From: Perkinsus chesapeaki ATCC PRA-425
Taxonomy: Eukaryota > Protista > Perkinsozoa
Reading direction: 5' to 3'
Assembly: GCA_013115145.1 (NCBI GenBank)
Contig: JAAPAO010000250.1
Location: forward strand, 1-46,945
Length of the DNA: 46,945 bases
Made by a program: the position numbers and the translations under genes
Shown here: positions 32,743-43,632 of the stretch, in pieces
Numbering within the stretch: the stretch's first letter is position 1
How the letters are laid out: every line of letters begins with the position of its first letter
The notes under the pieces: model-generated
Database searches by the model: none
The model's input: only the letters and a program-made list of their open reading frames with translations
Told to the model about the DNA's origin: nothing

Positions 32743-34984
32743 TTATAAGAAACATATCTCCGAGAACATGCGAGCTGCATTCACTTCTACTTTCTTCGGC
32801 TCCTCATCCGACTTTAATAGTAATTGATCACCGCAGACTTCTCTCATAGCAGAGTCAGCGTAGCTACCGGTACGTAGCGTAAAGGACACCTTAACAGCCC
32901 CACCATCAACGGGGTCAATATACACACTGCTGGCATGAGATGACAGCCTTCTGAAGCGATCCAGTGGGATGCCGCCTATTCCCCTGGAACGGACCAGCCT
33001 GGCCTTCAGCGGCTGGATGATTCCTCCATCGATCGCTGCTGGGAGGTCACCTTCATCGAGAAGATTGAGTGGAATAACAACATCTGCTAGAGTGAACTGC
33101 TCAGCGTCACGGGTGTCCTTCACAACAATCGGGGCCTCGGACTCGAAGGGGAGGACGATATCGCCGGGCGCGACAAGTGACGAGTGACTGATACGTCGGG
33201 AGGCTAGACCATTCCATATCCAACAGAGGCCAGTTGCAATGAAGCGCCTGAAGCAGATAACTCAGTCGATTAAATTCAAACAGGCAGATATATTTTACCG
33301 ATCAGCAGCACACGACAGGAAGGCCTCTTTCCATGAGGCCCCAGCAACCAGGTTCTGGACGATTTCAGTGGCCAAATGGAATCTCTCAGGAAGCAATGCC
33401 GCACAGACGATATAGTCCCCTCGAGAGAACCTAAGATACTGGCAGGGATGGACTAGACGAGGCACGTCCTCACGCATCGAAGGCTCTTGAAGCATCTTCG
33501 GTTTTTGCACTGCTTGGAGTGAATAATAAGCTGATCGCTTGATGGTAGTTCCCTGTTAAAGCAGCAAGACCGATGGTATGATCACGGCAACGAGGGTAGT
33601 CCAAGCTGTGGAGATCGAAGTAGTTCTGAAGAGACACTTCTTCGATAAGAGCACACTGAAGCATCACTGTACGTACAACGAATGGAAGCTCTTTGAAACT
33701 GGTTTGTCGAATGCCTCGTCGACCAACAATGGGAGGCTTCTCGGGTTTAGCTGGGGCGGGAAAGAACCCCTGAGAGTTTATATAATTGCCATTAGCAAAC
33801 GCTACCCCACAGCTTCCCCGGCGTGCTTGATATCCTCCAAATCGAAATGCCTCCCTTCCACCGCCGAGTTGTCTTCACAAGGCTTCGGGTCCTCCTCCCA
33901 TGCCGCAGGTCGAAGAGTAAGGTCATAGCGATACCCATTGCAACGGGAAGCAACAACCGGACGGTTATCAACTGATACATCGCCGATGTCGAATGTACCA
34001 CCGCTGCTTGTGGAGGATTCTGACCAGTCGTCGGAACATAAAGTGTGGATGTTGGTTTTACTATCAATAGTTGACTTTATGATTCTCCAACGTGGTAAGA
34101 TATGCTGCGACCACTCCCTTATCGGCAACGACACTCTTTGTGTGCAAAGGGCTGAGCGATGTGGGTTGTGGACTGCTCCCCAATGTAGCGATGCTGAGCT
34201 GAGGGGAGCTAGGGGATGGGAGATTCACCGAGGCTTACCGGTGCCCAGCAAGCACGGTAAAAACGCTTTCGAGATCCATGCCAGCTCGGGAAACTGTAAA
34301 GTGGACAAACTGCTGTTGGCTGGGAGACTATAGATAGGACGGTGAAGATGATAATCGGAATAGAGAGCTTACATGATGGCCAGTAGGAGGGAACTGCTCT
34401 CGAGGATCTATTGCATCTGGGTGGGACAGTGAGCTCTTCAATTTCACAACGCGACCATCTAACACATCTCGAATCTGACATAACTGATGTATTGCGTGAA
34501 CAAAGGGAACCTGCGGTTCACCGCTAGATCAGGTCCACTACAGAGCAGCAAGTCTTTGAGATTCTCGTCGGGTAAGAGCTCCCTAACAGCTAGCTCTCGT
34601 GACCAGCACGGCACCTATGATACAATGGGTGAGAGCGTAGCTAATAGCCGACCAAGGTACTGTGGCGTGCAGGAGCGGTAGCCTCTTCAACAGGGGCCCT
34701 GCTATGTTGAATCGCCTGTATAACACTGGCAGTTGCGAGGGGATCATCAATTAGATACCTTGAGGCTGCGTGGGAGAACTACTATGCAAGATGGTTCTCA
34801 GAGTAAGTATGCTATCCGCTATGATCAAGCACTTAAGGTGTACACGCGTCCGCCAACCAACTCGAGGAAAGGTTTTCATGCAGCTCCGACTCCGAGTCTC
34901 CCAGTTTATTATATAAGCCTCAACTGGCACCCTAGACTGACGTAGGCTCTGGAAGCTGCACGCTTCCCGAATCGTGTCGCGCAC
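32743..34984 (-). CDS. PUS7: Divergent TruD/PUS7-family protein, multi-exon (start uncertain)
   Basis: FVHFTV; SALCTQRVSL; IGDV..CNGYRYDLTLR; NYF; FTLADVVIPL; VSFTLRTGSYADSAMREV follow TruD motif order (HFTL; AVTTQRVS; GNxFxIxLR; NYFGxQRFG; VVLPL; FxLPxGSYATxxLRE). Confidence 0.7.
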
Positions 34985-35059
34985 TATCCGACACAGAACG
35001 CAATCAAGGCCTTATGAAACGTTGCGATGAGCTATGAATTAGAATAATGGTAATAATCA

Positions 35060-37780
35060 TCATGACATGGTGACAGTGAACACATCTCTTAATCGCAAGA
35101 GTACCTTCTGTGTTATTGGTGACCTGTTTGTGCTGCTCTCTGTCTTCGCCGCCTGCATTATCGTAGCATCACCGGTGGTCTTAAGTAGCTCGCTGACGTT
35201 CTTAGCTGTCACGTTGCCTGACATACGGCTAAATGACGGAGAGCTCCATCCACTGCCACCTTACCCATGCGTTTTTCGGTGATCTCCAACAAAGCCTTAG
35301 TGGCTTCAGCGCCGCATCCCGGAACCTGAAGGCTCCTGAAGGTCATTTAATGCCTTCCAGCTTTTACCTGTCTGACCATCGCTCCAGTAAGATCTCGGAC
35401 TGTTATGCCGACTGTCTTCGCACACGATGATCCGAATGCGTCGTACGTAGTGGAGTTATCTACAAAAGAGGTTTGGTGTTCCAACACAATGCATTTTACT
35501 CTCTTCGATTGTGCCTCCTTGTTGGCAGACTGCGCGGTGCATTTCAGCAAGCAGCCGAGCAGAGTGTCGAACCGATGCCGTTGTGATGGCCTGGATGATG
35601 ACGCTGCCTACTGTCAACCGTAGAAGTTGCCCACTCCGAATCCTCCAATTATTCTACTGTTGCAGAGAGCGCTGCGAAGGGTCGCGCTCGGCAGCGTTCT
35701 CATTCCACCGTGGCTGCGCTCCACATCGCCTTCTATGACGTAAAATATTCGGTTCAATGCGGTGGCCCTGAGGAACGACGAAATGATCATAAAGCCCACA
35801 GGATGAACCGGTATAGATTTTATATACTCAATTGCACTTCATAAAACAGCAAGGCGAGGGTAAGGGAGGAGCTTACGAAAGCGAAGAGCTATCGGCTATC
35901 CGGCGCATACAGGACCAATGACTGGGTTGAGTGTAAAGAAGACTCTATTATTATAACACGTTTAAAGAGGAGGCGATATGGAATATACCCTACTTGGACG
36001 CCAGGCGGTATTTCTGTTCATCATAGCGGCCATCGATTATTGAAGCACTCAAATCCTGCCAAGTCTTCCTCTCACCACCGATACCCATGATGAGCTCTCT
36101 TCCATCAGATGGTCTTTTCATCAACTGAATTGGCGGTGCATCACCACTGACCGGCAAGTGTGGGTATGCTTACCCACAGGAAGTCTGTAATTGGCAAGCT
36201 CCTTGACTCGACGTGAACACCCAGAGAAGTTAGCTCTTTTATTAAGGAACTTTCACGGACGTCCACAACCAGAACGGGCTCCCATGGACCGGATGGGATC
36301 ACAGCCGGTAGAGGGTCCTGTACAGGGTTCGGAAGTGGTTGCGTACCGGCATAGCGGAACTCGTCTAGATCTTTCTCGGGTACGGGAGCTCCGGTGTAGG
36401 AGAGTCTCCGGCGCCTCCTCGTATCAGAAGATTCGGTCCCTGTTGCAGTGCACCGTATAGAGCCGAGAGCTGCCAGCGGGAACTCGACAGAGGCCAGGAT
36501 GCGTTGGCCGAGGCTAAGCCCGGTGTCAGTGAGACGGTACTCTTTATCGACAGAAGAGTCCTAAAGTTCGATCCTCAGCTTGATTGCCGTATTGATTGGT
36601 TACAGATATTGTAAGCAGCTCTCGCTTTTCCAGGGATTTGAGTGTGGTAGTGCTGACTGTTATAGAAGTTGGAGATGCGCCTGCATCGTGGTCATCATTT
36701 GAGAAAGAACGAGCGACATGTTGAATGGAGGAGCAGCAAGCCTGAAGCTTGAACGTTGTGGCTGAAGGATTGTCAGTTTTACAGTTAGTTGTTTTCGGGT
36801 CAGACCTTCTTGATTTTCTCCAGTGAGTCCGTTGTAGCAAAGCTGCAGAGCGAGCAAGATACACCACTGGACGCTACCTGCAGTAGAACACCAGCATCTC
36901 AAGCGGCTGTGTGGTCTAGTGGTATGATTCGCGCTTCGGGTGCGCGAGGTCCCGGGTTCGATTCTCGGCTCAGCCCTTATCGTGTATATGCCGACACCAT
37001 AAGAGGGAATGCGGCCTGCCTGGTCTCCCAGACCTCATGGTGTCACCAAGATTATTCCCAACTGATACTCGGTGGAGCCTCTGTATACCACTCCACCCAC
37101 GTCACCAGTAGCCGGGCGATATTCTCTTTGCTTTCGTCTTGGTTGCTCCGCTGAGGCGTCTTCGGAACCCTCAGTAACATCAGTGCTAACAGTCGGAGCA
37201 TCACGCAGGAATTTCTCCGCTCGATTCCTGTCGAGAAGTGATCGTGCCAAAATGCGCCGATGATGTCTCACTTGATTGTTTTTCTCCATGTTAGCGATGA
37301 CCGTCTCGGTGAGGCAGAAGCCTCTTTTTCGGCAATGACTTGAGCGAAAACCTGACAGAGCTTCGACAGGAGTCGAGAAACTAAACTGTTTCACCTGGGC
37401 AAATGTACTGCCAACACCATCTAGCTGCTCAGCCTGCCACCCAGTGGTAATAGGCATTGGGTACCTGTAGTATCAAAGAAGCCCTTGAGCACTCAGACCT
37501 CACGCGCTTCGAAGGCATCCCTATCGAATTGTGAGAGATTTCGGACAAACCACAAGTTCTGAGTTAGAACTTCTGACTGTCTGAAATCTGCCAGGGCCAC
37601 GCCGACTTGGCTTCTTCCGTAAGATATTCGACAAAGCAGCTACTTCGTTAATGCTCTGATGATCCTTCCGTAAGATCGGACCAAATTAGTCTGACCTCTA
37701 CTCCTCGCGGAATCTCGTAATTCCTGAAATTTAACCATGAACATTTGATTCTCCGGATGGCAGGATGATGATGAAGTCAT
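35060..37780 (-). CDS. MUS81: Crossover junction endonuclease MUS81, multi-exon
   Basis: N-terminal HhH (RDSARSRG..SYGRIIRALTK|YPMPITTGWQAEQLDGVG); WH domain (EYRPATG|SVQWCILLAL); ERCC4 nuclease (LVVDVRE, VESRSLPITDFLW, ERKTWQDLSASIIDGRYDEQKYRL, RIFYVIEG); C-terminal HhH2 (KTVGITVRDLTGAMVRQV, PGCGAEATKALL). Confidence 0.93.
36905..36976 (+). tRNA. trnP-CGG: tRNA-Pro(CGG)
   Basis: GGCTGTG/CTCAGCC acceptor stem (one T-T mismatch), GTCTAGTGGTATGAT D arm, CGCGC-TT CGG GT-GCGCG anticodon arm (CGG at 36937-36939), CCGGG-TTCGATT-CTCGG T arm. Confidence 0.9.
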
Positions 37781-37946
37781 AGTCAATACGACAATTTACA
37801 TTACAAAACTCGCAGGTTCTATTACTGTACTCGCTTTCGACGGCACTCACTAACAACGCAACAAGCAGCAGAGCGACAACGGCAAAGGATGCGACAGCAA
37901 TAACTAGTGAAAAAATCGAGCAAAGTCGTCGAGGAAAATCAGATGA

Positions 37947-39474
37947 CTACTGTCTGGGCTTTTGAGGTTGCGACAAGACGGTGGCGACATATTCTAAGAC
38001 TAGCGGCTCCACCACACTCTCGATGAAGTTCTCAGGAATCTGAGAAAGAAATCGACTAAGACGGTCATGAGTTGTCTTACCGTTTTGATAGGCGGTCTCG
38101 ATGGCTGCCGGAGGCGACAGGCAATGACGATTGCTGTGACTACTAGGAGGACAGCCGAAGTGATGATCACTGGAGGAGTCAAGATATTCTTGGCAATCAG
38201 TGATGTCCTGAAACTGATCATCCATGAACGAGGAACAAATGACTGTCATCTCACGTCGATTCAGCTGGTGCCATCTGGTCGGTCAATTGTTCCGTTGTCA
38301 CTCTGAGAGAAGGAACAGCATCAGTACATCCGAAAACCCCAACCGTCTGCGCACCAGCTTGAGGTTGACGGAAGATTCTCTGTTACCTTCTGGAGCATCC
38401 TTTTTTCTGTAGGAAGAAGTTCATGTCAACAACTCCGGTATCATGACCATAAACCATGAGCAACTGCGGCACAAAAAATCTGCACGCATGTACATGACCA
38501 CAAAGCCTACCATTTTTGCGCTCGCAACATGGCCGTCATCGATGGTCGCCACATCCATCTCCATGGCAGACTCGTAGGCCTTATCGGAGGCTCTTCCGCT
38601 GCCGATGCCGACAGAAGAGCCGACTGCTCGAACCAATACGGGTTCGTGAGCACCAAAGAGCTTGTTGATCTGAATACGCAGACGTCTCACGTACTTGAAC
38701 TTGCTTTACAACTTACACCCTCGTGAGCAGCTGATGGCAATTCAGCGAATGATTCCGCCAAGCCGGCACTATTGCCGTCAGCATCGGCGAAGGCCAAACG
38801 GAGGACACCTTTATGGGGGTCGAAGAGATCAAAGATGGGATACATACTCCAGCTGGGTCTGAGAAGGGAAGGCCGCTGCCGCCTAAATTCAACCTTTCTC
38901 TCAAAACGGGAAAATTAAAATTCGTGGGAAGGTTCGGAAAGTATGAGCGCGGCAGCAGGGTAGCAGAGACAGTAATGTGACAGCACTATGAAAGCGGCAG
39001 CAGCAGTCGAAGAGCAGAAGTGTTCCGCAAACAACAACTTTTACGTGTCTCGAGGTGTAGGATCCTCCATAATACTTCCAAACAGGCTTGCAGTGGTTTC
39101 AAGCTTTTCGAAAGTGCCAGGATATTCGCTGGCCTGAGAAGGAGGAGGAGGTGCCGATCTTGTCTGTTGTCAGGAAGCACCTTCAAAAGTCGCAGATAGA
39201 CTATATGGTCAACAGCTTCCGTGGCATCTGGTACTTTAAAGAGTCTCATATCGAAAGCCCAGGCTATAGGTCGCATCTGAACAAATGTTTGAACGACACG
39301 CCCAGCCGAAAAGCCTACTCGAATCGATTGTCGATCCGAACTAGTAGAGATCGCCGACCCGATGGCCACCGCACGTCTGATGCCATAGTTCACGTAACTG
39401 TGTTGGGAAATGATAATCGATCAAACGATCGATACTTACATTCGGAAATCACCGTCAATGGTGATACCATCTAG
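37947..39474 (-). CDS. Hypothetical multi-exon protein
   Basis: Consecutive protein-like minus-strand ORFs (38986..39393, 38713..38904, 38421..38690, 37947..38249) separated by short gaps. No family recognised. Confidence 0.4.
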
Positions 39475-39617
39475 AGCGGTACGGCAGAGGTTCACTGCCT
39501 GATCTATCTCAGTGTGCAGCGTCTAGTGAGCAACAAACATCGACGTGCCAGGAACGAAGGACTCCTCCTCCTTGAAGAATCTTTCACCTGAACACCCGCC
39601 GCGGCGGCCTCGACCGT

Positions 39618-40058
39618 TCACCGATCCCCGACCTTCTTACAGTCGTTCGCCGTTCTCGGTAGCGAACGGATCAATCGGGACTCCGGGTCGGCACAATCCG
39701 GCGGCGGCGGCGCGGTTTCCATCCGAGGTATTCTGAGGACCACCACTTTGCCTCATCCCGTCCCAGCACCAGCTCACTCCTTCTCATCCATCTCCTCAAA
39801 ATCGAAAGGATTTTGAAACAACTCGTTCGCATAACCGAACAGAACTAACAGTGCTTCATGAAGCGTCTGAGTGAGCTGCTGCTCCACTTTAACCAACGCC
39901 AACTTTTCCTCATCAGAGATCTCCTCCGTCTGGTAGTCGCCGTACACCCCTTCAGTCGTCTCGTATTCTTCACTTGCGCCTGTCGACGACCGCACTGCCT
40001 CCTCAGACCGCGCCAATCGCGTAACTACAAGCGCGTAGGACACCACCCGGAGGAGCAT
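39618..40058 (-). CDS. Small hypothetical protein with a signal-peptide-like N-terminus
   Basis: ATG at 40058, MLLRVVSYALVVTRLARS, acidic body, GTGAG...CAG intron 39733..39777 in consistent phase. 3' end uncertain. Confidence 0.4.
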
Positions 40059-40149
40059 CGATCAGAACGATCAAACTGCTCCCACAGTAAGTCCCTACTC
40101 ACAACGACAACGCAACACCGTTGACACCATCAAAGCAGACACCATAATT

Positions 40150-42400
40150 TCACATGTACCCCTCAGAATGGCGACTCTTTAACAACCGTCGAGGAATGAT
40201 CGTCATCATCAGTCCACCAACTTGGTGGCAAGTCAGGATCAGTGAGACGAGTCTGCGACGGAAGGCCCCCGCTCGAAGCTGCCGGGACGAAGCTCGACGA
40301 ACTGCTGCTTTGGGCGCTATGCTCCGTTCGATGGTGACTGCTGCCTCGGCCCTCTACAACCTAACGGTCACAACTGGGGGAAGGAGCGCCTGGTGAGCTT
40401 GGGGGTACTTTCTGATGCAAAAGTTGTATAACTCGTTCTTGGCACAATAACAGCTCCAACGCTCGCTCTCTGTCGGCTGTAGGAGGTAGATGAAGAACGA
40501 TAAGTAGGGTCGAACTCACCAGCTGATAGATCATTGACGGTATCAATGTTGTCTGCTATTGATTTAACCATCTCAGCATGGACCAAAGGGGCTGGGCCTA
40601 GGTAAGACTTCAGTGCTCTCTTTTTTAATATATTTTTACGCCACCTCATCGCGTTAATAAATGATATATAAGAATAATATTTATAACGATCCTAAGGCTA
40701 CACTCCTTGCTACCGCCGCCGCCTACCCCGTCCTTCCGCCATCCCATCCTTCCCTCTCGATAGCTTTTCCTCTTTCTTATAAATGGCTATCTCGTTTTTA
40801 ACATCGTCTATACATTGCTGTAGAAACACCTGAACACGTTCCTTTATCCTCCCCTCCTCCTTACTCAGCCAACTTCAATTTCCGATCGCTGTTTTAACAG
40901 GCGGTTCTGAGTCTCTCTCAGTGTTCTCAATGCCAGCCTAAATCCAACACTAGCTCCCCACCATCCGACCTTCTCACCTCACCTATCACTGCTCACTTGC
41001 GCCCGGAGCTGCTCTATAGTCCGTCGATATCGTAATTCCCTCTCATACGCCCTATTGCTCATCCCAGCCTCGGCGCTGAAGCCCTGTCTACCCGCCGAAG
41101 CACCCTTCTGTGATGACTCGTCGTAATAGTCTGAGCCCGCCGTATCAAAGCCCTCCATTCGAGCCGCCTACCATCACAAGGATACCCATCTCCTCTGGCA
41201 TCACAGCCAGACGATGCAGCCGATACTCCACCACCTGTGCGAGGACCAGTACTACGCGAGACGTTCGGGTTAAGTCTACCATGAGTCGGCTGACGACGTG
41301 TCGATGGCCCCGACGATTCTTCCCGCTGCGTTAAGATATCTCTCAACCGTCCAACCTCTCTCCGTGTCGTAACCTGTCCCCACGCCTGCTCACCACTGCT
41401 TCTAATTAACCCACCAGTTCCTTCAGAAGGCTTTGTCTATCATCCTCCCTCGCTTCCAGGGACTCTACCAGTTTTTTATTATCTCCCTCCAGCTCCCTAT
41501 TCTTCTTATCAAAGGCCTATCACACCAGCACCACCACATCAACCCAGGCCTCCCACCCACCAGCACCACACTCACCTGAGCTAGGTCCTGGCTCGCTCGC
41601 AGCTCCGTGAGGACTTGCCGAAGCCTGAGCACCGGACCAAATGCTATACTTGGCGGTAATACTACTAACCGTTAGTACTGTGAACATGCCCTACTGCAGT
41701 AAAGAGAATGCATCATCAACTTAGATTGAGACTCTAGTCTCAATCGATAAACGACAACAGACTCACTGCCGGTCGAATGGAGTGTCGCTACGGAGCTACT
41801 CGAAGGTGTTACAAGCTTACTGCTTTGCCGATAAAGTGTCGGGCGGCGTGAAAACTTCGATTTTACCTCACGCGGTTCACAGATGACAACATCACCGTAT
41901 CAATGATACAAGGTCTGACACTTCAATCGATAGACAAACCTCTCCTTACCGCGCCTGTAGCTCCGCCGAGAAATTGCCTCGTTGTGCCTTCTGATGTTCC
42001 AGTTCCTTCGACACATCTTGCATTCGGGCTCTAAATGCCCTCATCAGATCCTTCTCCTGCAACCACCACCTCATCCCCCCTCCCTCCTGACCCCACCGAG
42101 GCGTACTTGATCCTGAAGCACCTTTGCCGTATTGCCCTGGATGCATTCTATCCCAGCCACCAGTGAATCATGCATATTCCTGACCAACGCCGATCTATGC
42201 CAACTTGGATTTCGGTTTCCTCTCTCGCCTCAAGACCGCCATCCTCGCCCTGAACTCGTCCTCAGCAGCCCCGCCCGGCCCCAGCCCGTGCAACTGTGAG
42301 ATTAAGTTTCGACCTCTTTCTTATCTGTTCTGTTTACTTGGTCCTCTAAAGCCTCTATTGTCTTCTTACTAGCGCTCTCCCGTTGCACAAATGCTCCCAG
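40150..42400 (-). CDS. Hypothetical coiled-coil protein, multi-exon
   Basis: Exon peptides WWLQEKDLMRAFRARMQDVSKELEHQKAQRGNFSAELQAR|GTAAG and MRWRKNILKKRALKSYLGP. Boundaries approximate. Confidence 0.35.
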
Positions 42401-43044
42401 TCGATACCTGCGCAAAAGGGAGACAGTTTTTGTGTTATAGAAATTAGCGGCCGCGTTAAAGCCACGTAAGCTTTTCCCGACTTCCCGAAAACGATCCAGA
42501 GGCTCTAGCGGAGCTTTGTCCTACTTTGTGGCGCGTGACGGAATTCTCTGTGCACTGTGGTGCTTTGGAAGAGATGATCTTTATCCGCACTGCAAAGGTC
42601 CCCCTGCTTCTCACCGGAACTGCTCCTCCAGTTGCCGACATTTCTCCTTTTCATCCTCCAATTGTCTCTGTAGTTCATAAATCATTGAATCCTTCTCATC
42701 ACCACCACCTGACCGCAGCAGTCTGCACAATGACCGCGGCGGTTATTTTCGTCAATAATTTGAACTAGTTGGCAGATGCATGCATAGGATGCCCTGCCGC
42801 CGCCGACTTCCAGTGACAGCTCTGCTACTCTCAGTTCAACCCCAACAGTTTCCTTTATATGCCATGCTAGCCCCGAATCAATCATCATCATCTCGAACAA
42901 GCACGGCCACCCAGTCGCTGAGATGAGAGTGACTAGCTAGCGTGCTCCAAGGCACAAAGTGCTAAGATACCCCCCTGGACGATGATGATGATGCTGCATC
43001 TTGCTTTTCTTCATTTATCCCCTTTCGCCTGAGCATCGTGTAAG

Positions 43045-43632
43045 ATGTTCCCAATTATATGGATTACGGCGATTCTCGCATCCGCCCTCAGGACGGCCCA
43101 GGCGATGAGCTGTGCCCATCTGTGCTCCACCGTCGATGAGTGCGAGAGCTCTCGGTATGGTTCCTACTGTAAGGGTTGGTCTGACACTGCAATCTGTCAT
43201 GGTCTACTCAGAAAATCTGATGGATCATTTTGTTACATTGACCCGCATGATAAGACCTGCTCTGGAGTCCCTGTAGAGTGTGTCTACAACGATTACGGTA
43301 TTGATAGTGTCGTGGAGCTGGCCAACTCTACCCAACAGTCATCACCACCCGCCGACGTTGACTCAGGAGGGCCTAGTCTGGAGGCTAGTGATAGGGCTGT
43401 AGTATCGGCCCGAAGGAGGAGGCTGACTGCCATTCCAGATGAGCTTGAAGATATGAGTGGTGATGGTATTGCTCCTGTATGGCCTTCCCGTAAGGAGGTC
43501 CCCAAGCCCGTCCCCACTGACGCCTCCCACACCATCAGCAACAACAAAAACAAGCGTCGTCGTCGTATTGCTGCTGTTGCCGATCTTCTATTAAGGGAAG
43601 GATCGCCAAGTAGTAAAGATGTAAATCTATGA
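43045..43632 (+). CDS. Intronless secreted cysteine-rich protein
   Basis: Signal-peptide-like MFPIIWITAILASALRTAQA, an 8-Cys domain (CAHLC..C..YGSYCKGW...ICHGL..FCY..C..VEC) and a low-complexity S/P/R-rich tail. Confidence 0.75.
   Translation: MFPIIWITAILASALRTAQAMSCAHLCSTVDECESSRYGSYCKGWSDTAICHGLLRKSDGSFCYIDPHDKTCSGVPVECVYNDYGIDSVVELANSTQQSSPPADVDSGGPSLEASDRAVVSARRRRLTAIPDELEDMSGDGIAPVWPSRKEVPKPVPTDASHTISNNKNKRRRRIAAVADLLLREGSPSSKDVNL

Noticed and set aside
39088-39474. 128-aa + strand ORF
   Set aside because: It overlaps a more protein-like minus-strand ORF that is collinear with neighbouring minus exons; no motif.
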